From: an uncultured Thermotogaceae bacterium
GTDB lineage: Bacteria; Thermotogota; Thermotogae; MWEM01
DNA length: 62,230 nt
Direction: 5' to 3'
Assembly (NCBI GenBank): GCA_964631265.1
Contig: CAZVWW010000003.1
Span: forward strand, 1 to 62,230
Under the pieces are notes generated by a model, which was not told the origin of the DNA, ran no database searches, and saw nothing but the letters and a program-made list of their open reading frames with translations. This document shows, piece after piece, positions 56,458 through 62,230 of the stretch. Every line of letters starts with the position of its first letter. Within the stretch, counting starts at the first letter, position 1. The translations under genes were made by a program, and so were the position numbers.

Positions 56458-57710
56458 GAAGTTTCGCTATAACGGGTCTTTGTTTGGCGGGAATCGTTCT
56501 GGCCTTTTTCTTTCTGTATTTTTTACCGTTACCTTTTATCAGTTTTGTTCCCGATCAGATCTCAAATCCATTTGACAATGACAAAGAATACTTTCTCATA
56601 CTGGGGGTTGATGATGCTGGAGAGGCCGGTTCAGATAGAACTGATGTGATTGCAGTTGCAGGTTTTAACAATGCGACTTCCACAGAACCCGATAAGAGTA
56701 TTTTAGACCTGCTCACAATCCCGAGAGATATTCTTGTTCAACACCAGGTAGAGGGAGAGAACAGCGAGATAAAGATCAACTCCATCTACAAAAGGGAAGG
56801 TCTTGAAGGACTCAAGCAAAAACTCGATGAACTCTTCGATATTACCATCTCACGTTATGCCGTTGTCGATTATCAACTCTTCAAATACCTTGGAGACCTG
56901 GTGGGCCCCATACCCGTGAATGTTGAGTTCGCCATGCATTATGATGATATTCAGCAGGATCTCTCCATACACTTTGAGAGAGGTGCGCATGAATTCTATG
57001 GGGATGATCTTCTCAAGTATATTCGTTTCAGAAATGATCCAAAAGGGGATCTTGGTAGGATGGAGAGGCAAAAGGAAGTTGTCAAAAAGGTCTTTTCCCG
57101 GTTGAAATCAAAAATTACACTGGATTTTTTGAACGATGAATTCCAGACCATACTAAACAGGATGAAGACAGATTTTTCAACCAGGGACCTTTTGTATCTG
57201 TTCCTTCAGATGGGCGATCTGAATGATATTTCCTTTTATTCAGTTCCTTTTAAAATTGGTGCAAGAGGGGAGCTTTACATTGACCAAAGCAGGATTGATG
57301 GGACACTCAAGGCATTTAAGGAATTTGAGGTTGCAAGAGAAATTCAGGAATCCAAAGTATGTATCCTTAACAACTCAGACATTGAAGCCTACAAGTTCTC
57401 AATTATAAATGATAATATTCTGAATAAGTCTGATTTGGATTATTTTATCATCAAGAAATCGTTATCACGAGATTTGTTAAAACATCTACCGGATGAGGAT
57501 CTTATTTTAATGCTAAATAATGACAATCAAGCTACAGAAGACGTTAAAGAGAAAATGAAAGCCCTTTATGACAGAGAATTCAACATCTATAATGAGTTAC
57601 ACGGTGGGGTTTTAGAGGATTATTACCGGATTGTGGATTATCTGACCTCAAACAAGGCTTATTACCCGTATCCGAGTGATTTATTTGTCATATTAAACGG
57701 GGCGGAATAA
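56454..57710 (+). CDS. LytR-CpsA-Psr (LCP) family glycopolymer phosphotransferase
   Basis: ATGA overlap with the upstream gene. After the TM anchor come ..ILGVDDAGEAGSDRTDVIAVAG.., ..LLTIPRDILV.., ..KINSIY.. and ..IRFRNDPKGDLGRMERQKEV.., which are the canonical LCP motifs. Confidence 0.85.
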   Translation: MRSFAITGLCLAGIVLAFFFLYFLPLPFISFVPDQISNPFDNDKEYFLILGVDDAGEAGSDRTDVIAVAGFNNATSTEPDKSILDLLTIPRDILVQHQVEGENSEIKINSIYKREGLEGLKQKLDELFDITISRYAVVDYQLFKYLGDLVGPIPVNVEFAMHYDDIQQDLSIHFERGAHEFYGDDLLKYIRFRNDPKGDLGRMERQKEVVKKVFSRLKSKITLDFLNDEFQTILNRMKTDFSTRDLLYLFLQMGDLNDISFYSVPFKIGARGELYIDQSRIDGTLKAFKEFEVAREIQESKVCILNNSDIEAYKFSIINDNILNKSDLDYFIIKKSLSRDLLKHLPDEDLILMLNNDNQATEDVKEKMKALYDREFNIYNELHGGVLEDYYRIVDYLTSNKAYYPYPSDLFVILNGAE

Positions 57711-57721
57711 TTCTCCGCCCC
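57699..57721. terminator. hairpin between convergent genes
   Basis: GGGGCGGA-ataattc-TCCGCCCC overlaps the LCP stop codon. U-tracts are weak on both strands. Confidence 0.4.
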
Positions 57722-57744
57722 GAAAGATGTGTTGAGGACTATGA

Positions 57745-58230
57745 TTATCTTTTGTAACCCGTCACTTCACGCAGAAATTCTTTTCTTTTGTTGATAAACT
57801 CCTTATCTTCGACCCCTTTTGGGGTAAAACCATCAACAACACCAATGACCCCTTTACCCTGATCTGTCTTAGCAACGAGAACCTGGAGAGGATTGGCCGT
57901 TGCGGCAAAGATTCTGCAAACTTCCTGGATATTCTTGATGGCGTTCAATATATTGATGGGATAGCCATTTTTGATCACAAGAACGAAGATATGGCCCGCA
58001 TCGATATTTCTGGCGTTTTGCACCGCGATGTTAACCAATTCCTCGTCGTTGCCCTCTTTTCTAACCAGTCTCGGGCCTGAAGCCTCGTTGAAAGCGAGAC
58101 CGAACTTCATTCCCGGGACACCGGTGACGATTGTTTCGTATATATCTTCGACTGTCTTGATAAAGTGTGACTGACCGAGAATCACATTACAATCGTCGGG
58201 GAATTTCATCTGTACGATTTCTGTATCCAT
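57745..58230 (-). CDS. adenosine-specific kinase family protein (PF04008-like)
   Basis: 161 aa. The blocks ..[18 protein letters not shown].., ..[14 protein letters not shown].., ..[22 protein letters not shown].., ..ATANPLQV.. and ..GVVDG.. match my recollection of that family. It starts 16 nt downstream of oraE. Confidence 0.65.
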   Translation of the reverse strand: MDTEIVQMKFPDDCNVILGQSHFIKTVEDIYETIVTGVPGMKFGLAFNEASGPRLVRKEGNDEELVNIAVQNARNIDAGHIFVLVIKNGYPINILNAIKNIQEVCRIFAATANPLQVLVAKTDQGKGVIGVVDGFTPKGVEDKEFINKRKEFLREVTGYKR

Positions 58231-58245
58231 CTCTTCAAAACCTCC

Positions 58246-60441
58246 CTATTTCTGTGCCTTTTCTCTTAAAGTCTTGACTAGAAAGCTCGCAACATCTATT
58301 CCATGAGTTCCTCTACCAAAACCGGCATCCATCCCATTGGCCACAGCAAGATCGTTGTTAATCTGGGTCCCTCCGGCTATGAGAATCAGTTTATCTCTGA
58401 TCCCCTTTTCTTTACAGAGCTGGTCAATCTGTCTCATTCCTTTGATGTGTACGTCGTTATGCGAAATAATCATACTCGCCAGAATTGCATCCGCTCCGGT
58501 TTCTATTGCAGCATCGATCAATTTGTCGACCGGGACGCTGGTTCCCAGATAGGTATAACTGAACCCGAATTTCTCGATTCCGCCATGTTTGATATCCAGG
58601 ATCTCTCTCATCCCGACGGAGTGTTCGTCGTTTCCAACTGTGCCGGCGACAACATGAACAGGATGCTCATCAAGATATTCTCTTATCTCATTGGCTGAGA
58701 GGATTTCCGGTTTTTCAGCGATCTTGAGTTTGTTCCGGTCTATGAAGAAGGAAACTCGCCCCTTCACTTCAAGATAAGTGCCCTCTGCCGGGTGTAAAAC
58801 TGTCTTGGATATAACAGTGGGTTCATCCAATCCCATCTTTCTGGCTATTTCAAGTGCAGCTGCCTCGGCAATATCGGGATTATCCGGGATGGTTAGATCA
58901 AGCTGTACAAGTCCATCATTCTTCCATTCAACCTCAGGTTTCAGAAGGCCTTTTTCCTCCGGTTCCTGATGTGGTGCCATTCTTGATTCCACATTATCAT
59001 TCTCATCGAGTTCGTCTATATATTTGATCTTTGCGGGGTCTTCTATTGTGCAACCTCCTATAGCGTCACAGGCCTTTTCGTACTCATCGGGTACGTTGTT
59101 GTATCCGAAGTGGTTACAGACCGGAGCAAAGTAATCCTCATCGCGCTCAACGACAGTATTCGCACCGAGTTCACCGTTTTTCTTTCTGGCGATACCGTCA
59201 CCGTTTCTCTCCGGGAAGAATCCGGAATCGACGAAGAAGCCCTTTTCTACAGCATCAAAATAGCCGCCTTCGTTAACAATTTCCTCCATGTAAAGGATGG
59301 CCCGGATCTTCATATCACGTATCGGCTCTTTGAGATTATCCAGATTGGGGCCGACCAGTTCTTTGATACCGTCGAGGGCTACCATTGTATGCTTGGCGGT
59401 CTCGACACCTCTGATGGAGTTCACATGCCAGGGAACATTTCTGCCTTCATCCGGCGTGATGGTCGATTGTATATCGGCCTTTGTTAATCTGCTGAGAACG
59501 GTGTCGAGCACATGAATCCTTGTGGCATCAAAGAGATCGGATTCAATGTAGCGGGTGTTCATCTGCGCCCTGAATTTATAATCTTTAAAGAGGTCTCTTA
59601 AGGTAAGGGCATAAACAAAATTCAATCTGAATTCAGGAGCAGGTGCCGTCATCGGCGGGACTGTAGAGAGGGCGATATATTCCTTCTGCATGCCGGCTTT
59701 AACTGAGAACAAAGAATTAATGGCATGTTGAACGAGCAGCTCCGGCATGACTTTCCAGGCAACCCTCGAGGAGGCATTGGCGTTGTGAGCACCGTCAATC
59801 TGAAGAATGCTATCAGCTGCCATTATCTTCTTGGCAACTGCTGCATCTACAAAAGAGCGGATCGGGTTGACGCCTCTGTAAAGAACGTTATACTGAGGAT
59901 CCTGATGGGCGCCGTTAACTCCTTCTTCGGCGAATAGTACAGCCACTTCGGGACCTGCAATCCCCGAGACATAACTGTGAAAGTTGATCGGTCTGCCGAC
60001 TTCTTCTTCAATGGCATCGAGGGCCTTTCTTGTTGCGCGGAGTTCTTTTCTTGTGATGGGGATGCCTCCAATCCCCTCGGGGGTTCCTTCTATCAAACCG
60101 TCAAAATGTGACTGGCCAAGCGTTCTAATGACCATGATATGATCGGCTCCATGCCAGGCCGCCATCCGCATTCTTCTTATGTCATCCTCGAATCTCCCGG
60201 ATGCAATCTCTGATGTAATGATCTCTTCCGGCTGAGGGTCAATATTATCGAAGAACTTTGCCGGAGGCAGTGGAATACTTTCCTTCAGATTTTCTGAAAT
60301 CTGATCAAACTTATATTCACCGAGTTTTGTACCATTAGGTAGTCCCTGTCTCCAGACCCAGCCCTTTCGTTTTGGTCTGTAATCTTCGAGATTGCTGAGG
60401 ACTTCATTTAAATCAATCTTCTTGTTTTTATCGAGTTTCAA
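58246..60441 (-). CDS. oraE: D-ornithine 4,5-aminomutase, large (E/beta) subunit
   Basis: 731 aa, preceded by a 119-aa partner, matching the OraS (~121 aa) / OraE (~750 aa) size pair. The C-terminal B12 domain has DxHxxG (GNDEHSVG), with a Lys exactly 11 residues after the His (HSVGMREILDIK). This is the His618/Lys629 spacing of the cobalt ligand and PLP lysine in the Clostridium enzyme. Confidence 0.8.
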   Translation of the reverse strand: MKLDKNKKIDLNEVLSNLEDYRPKRKGWVWRQGLPNGTKLGEYKFDQISENLKESIPLPPAKFFDNIDPQPEEIITSEIASGRFEDDIRRMRMAAWHGADHIMVIRTLGQSHFDGLIEGTPEGIGGIPITRKELRATRKALDAIEEEVGRPINFHSYVSGIAGPEVAVLFAEEGVNGAHQDPQYNVLYRGVNPIRSFVDAAVAKKIMAADSILQIDGAHNANASSRVAWKVMPELLVQHAINSLFSVKAGMQKEYIALSTVPPMTAPAPEFRLNFVYALTLRDLFKDYKFRAQMNTRYIESDLFDATRIHVLDTVLSRLTKADIQSTITPDEGRNVPWHVNSIRGVETAKHTMVALDGIKELVGPNLDNLKEPIRDMKIRAILYMEEIVNEGGYFDAVEKGFFVDSGFFPERNGDGIARKKNGELGANTVVERDEDYFAPVCNHFGYNNVPDEYEKACDAIGGCTIEDPAKIKYIDELDENDNVESRMAPHQEPEEKGLLKPEVEWKNDGLVQLDLTIPDNPDIAEAAALEIARKMGLDEPTVISKTVLHPAEGTYLEVKGRVSFFIDRNKLKIAEKPEILSANEIREYLDEHPVHVVAGTVGNDEHSVGMREILDIKHGGIEKFGFSYTYLGTSVPVDKLIDAAIETGADAILASMIISHNDVHIKGMRQIDQLCKEKGIRDKLILIAGGTQINNDLAVANGMDAGFGRGTHGIDVASFLVKTLREKAQK

Positions 60442-60442
60442 G

Positions 60443-60802
60443 TTACTCCACCCCCTTGAATATCTTCTCTACCGTTTTCCAGTGCTTCCCCTCAATCATT
60501 TCCTTGCCCACTTGAAGGTAATCTTTGTCAAGCTCCTTTGATAGAGTCAGGAGAATGTTTCCTGCTCCCTTTCCCAGTAAGTCCAGATCGAAAATACCCT
60601 GGACGATCTCCTTTGCCTCAAGTGAATTAAACCCCATCCTCAATAGAACGGACCTTTCAATTGAAGGCGATGTGTGGTTTTCTGCCAGTTTAGCAAGCGG
60701 ATCAACGATCTGATCGGCTCTTCTCCAGAACAATGTGTTCAACTCTTCATCACTAAGACTCTCAAGCTGTTGCTTTCTCTCTTCAAATCTCTCTTTTTTC
60801 AC
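60443..60802 (-). CDS. oraS: D-ornithine 4,5-aminomutase, small (S/alpha) subunit
   Basis: A 119-aa helical protein ending 1 nt before the oraE start. The call rests on size, position and coupling. My sequence-level recognition is weaker than for oraE. Confidence 0.65.
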   Translation of the reverse strand: MKKERFEERKQQLESLSDEELNTLFWRRADQIVDPLAKLAENHTSPSIERSVLLRMGFNSLEAKEIVQGIFDLDLLGKGAGNILLTLSKELDKDYLQVGKEMIEGKHWKTVEKIFKGVE

Positions 60803-61085
60803 CGGGTGTTCCCCCTTTCAGTTTTATATGAATTCTATTCGTCGTATAGTCTTAAAACTGCTTTAATCCTTGAATACATGGCATAAGCGTCTGTCCTATT
60901 ATATACGATAACGGGTTTTAAACAAAACATCAAGCTTTCAAAAGAACGGTTTTGATAAAAGAAATTATTTTATTTTCATTATCAGAAGAAGAGATTGCTA
61001 TGTTGTCCCGGTCAACCTATTTGATACATGCAGACATTTTCATGATTATAATAACGCTTCTTATATGAGCTTAAGGAATGCACTA

Positions 61086-61490
61086 CTATTGTCTGATTGT
61101 CATACAGTTATCGATTTTAAATCCGAACTTTTCATACAATTTATGAGCATCTTTGGTTTTCAGTATTTTGAGGTGAAGATCCCTGATCTCAGGATGTGCG
61201 AGCGTCAGCTCGACCAATTTCTTTCCGATCCCCTTTTTCCGGTGTGCTTCATCTATGTAAACGTCGGCAATCCAGGCAAAGATCGCATAATCGGTGACGA
61301 CTCTTGAGAAACCGATTTGATCGTTGTTGATAAAAACTGACAGAAAGAGCGAATTCTCAATCGATTTTCGTATCAATTCGCCCTCTCTTTCTTGCGCCCA
61401 ATAAGTTGTATGCAGACTGTGGATCACATAGTCATAATCAATTACTGTCTTATCATCCGTTATCATTAAATTATCCTTTTCATATACCAT
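61086..61490 (-). CDS. GNAT family N-acetyltransferase
   Basis: 134 aa. It has acetyl-CoA motif A ..VYIDEAHRKKGIGKKLVE.. and a C-terminal ..AHKLYEKFGF.. The RBS is AAAGGAGG, 7 nt before the ATG. Confidence 0.85.
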   Translation of the reverse strand: MVYEKDNLMITDDKTVIDYDYVIHSLHTTYWAQEREGELIRKSIENSLFLSVFINNDQIGFSRVVTDYAIFAWIADVYIDEAHRKKGIGKKLVELTLAHPEIRDLHLKILKTKDAHKLYEKFGFKIDNCMTIRQ

Positions 61491-61516
61491 TTTGAGCCTC
61501 CTTTGGAATCATTGAT

Positions 61517-61525
61517 ATTATAGCA
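61517..61525 (-). promoter_or_regulatory. extended -10 promoter element (TGCTATAAT) of the GNAT gene
   Basis: The minus strand reads TGCTATAAT about 26 nt upstream of the GNAT start codon. There is no -35-like hexamer, because that space is filled by palindrome copy 3. Confidence 0.45.
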
Positions 61526-61526
61526 G

Positions 61527-61588
61527 AAATCAGGGGGACAGGTCCCTTGATGACGAATTCTTAATCAAGGGACCTGTCCCCCTGATTT
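61527..61588. repeat. long palindromic repeat, copy 3 (family 1)
   Basis: AAATCAGGGGGACAGGTCCCTTGAT-(12-nt loop containing GAATTC)-ATCAAGGGACCTGTCCCCCTGATTT, with 25-nt arms. It is followed by TTTTT on the plus strand. Confidence 0.85.
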
Positions 61589-61777
61589 TTTGATACGCAC
61601 CCAATTAATTGACCGTTATAAAAGATGACAGATAGAAAGACTCTTATATATAAATTATAGAATCATAGAATACATAAATAGACAAAAGTATGATATAATA
61701 ACACAAAGAGTATCGGAATAGAATATGTATAATAACTATATTATACTATAATAAATATTATAAGAAAGGTGATATTA

Positions 61778-62194
61778 ATGAGTGAAAAGAAAATTCAATT
61801 AAATGTTCCGGTCAGGATCGACCAGGTTGAAAAACTGGCTAAGGCTGTGGCGATTGCTATGGCAAGCAGGGAACGGAAAGAGGGCAACAAGAGAATCACA
61901 AAGGCAACATTTGTCAGATCGTTAATCGATGTGATAGACTTTGATGAAGCAGATTTAACGGATATTTCAGATGAAGACGATCTCCAATCGCACTTGAGGG
62001 ATTACATCGGCAAGGAACAACAGCGTACAAAGATTGATATCGATCTCATCACTGACATCTATAAAAAGTTTGCCGATGATGATCAGAAAAAATGGATAGC
62101 GGGTGATTTTATCAACACACTTTTTGAGCACAATCTGATTGAAGCCAGCTCTTCAGAGGATTTATGGGCTAAAATACTGGAAAAAATCGAATGA
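61778..62194 (+). CDS. acidic hypothetical protein with possible N-terminal ribbon-helix-helix
   Basis: ATG 61778 follows AAAGGTG. The N-terminus KIQLNVPVRIDQVEKLAKAVAIAMA..ITKATFVRSLIDVI has a beta-strand/helix/helix pattern like RHH (CopG/Arc) folds. The rest is D/E-rich. The upstream region is very AT-rich. Confidence 0.55.
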   Translation: MSEKKIQLNVPVRIDQVEKLAKAVAIAMASRERKEGNKRITKATFVRSLIDVIDFDEADLTDISDEDDLQSHLRDYIGKEQQRTKIDIDLITDIYKKFADDDQKKWIAGDFINTLFEHNLIEASSSEDLWAKILEKIE

Positions 62195-62223
62195 CGCAAC
62201 AAAATATTACATTTTGTTGCGTC
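62193..62223. terminator. 13-bp hairpin overlapping the stop codon at the window end
   Basis: GACGCAACAAAAT-attac-ATTTTGTTGCGTC. It is followed by an A-run on the plus strand (a T-run before it on the minus strand), so strand assignment is unclear. Confidence 0.35.
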
Positions 62224-62230
62224 AAAAACG

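Noticed and set aside
60803-61085. Cobalamin riboswitch upstream of oraS.
   Set aside because: I could not find a B12-box-like (..GCCACTG..) element or the conserved GGTGC/GGGAA blocks on the minus strand. This was only an eye scan, so an Rfam search is still worthwhile.
34699-61588. Whether the family-1 palindromes could be a CRISPR array or its remnants.
   Set aside because: The copies are 6 kb and 21 kb apart and are separated by housekeeping genes. They are individually palindromic hairpins rather than direct repeats with spacers, and no cas genes are present.
61086-62194. GNAT + RHH pair as a TacT/TacA- or AtaT/AtaR-type toxin-antitoxin module.
   Set aside because: The genes are divergent and 287 bp apart, rather than an RHH-then-GNAT bicistron. 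The GNAT has an N-terminal YWA-type extension typical of ordinary small acetyltransferases. The RHH call itself is only tentative.

Overview
This 62.2-kb window is a gene-dense chromosomal region of about 58 protein-coding genes. It carries no rRNA, tRNA, CRISPR array, transposase, integrase or phage genes. The content is anaerobe core and carbohydrate metabolism:
- serine biosynthesis pair, phosphoglucomutase, an orphan hutU, a GH13 oligo-1,6-glucosidase, a secreted pullulanase, and alpha-glucan phosphorylase
- a complete rnfCDGEAB cluster, hflKC, mtnA, tatD, pepC, and D-ornithine 4,5-aminomutase oraSE
- four ABC importers: a two-ATPase sugar/glycerol-type system with a DUF2160 protein, TPP-riboswitch-controlled thiBP, a NitT/TauT-type system, and zur-znuACB
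- two paralogous dCache methyl-accepting chemotaxis proteins

The pullulanase N-terminus, the CsaB pyruvyl transferase, the aminotransferase/SerA pair and the archaeal-type glucan phosphorylase suggest a Thermotogota-like organism. That assignment is from memory only and has low confidence.

I see no convincing defence or mobile system. The observations most worth a second look are:
1. A three-copy family of ~60-nt near-perfect palindromes, each arm carrying a nested GGGAC-NN-GTCCC dyad.
2. A second repeat family of tandem hairpins with C-rich loops and one compensatory stem change.
3. A tightly coupled five-gene envelope operon: IMPACT/YigZ, a large multi-TM sensor-like protein with no output domain, an HExxH peptidase, a degenerate LCP paralogue, and an LCP.
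4. A heterodimeric ABC ATPase pair whose motif defects all fall in one of the two nucleotide sites.
5. A minimal 92-aa RnfB.

All functional calls rest on reading motifs in the supplied translations. No database search was run.
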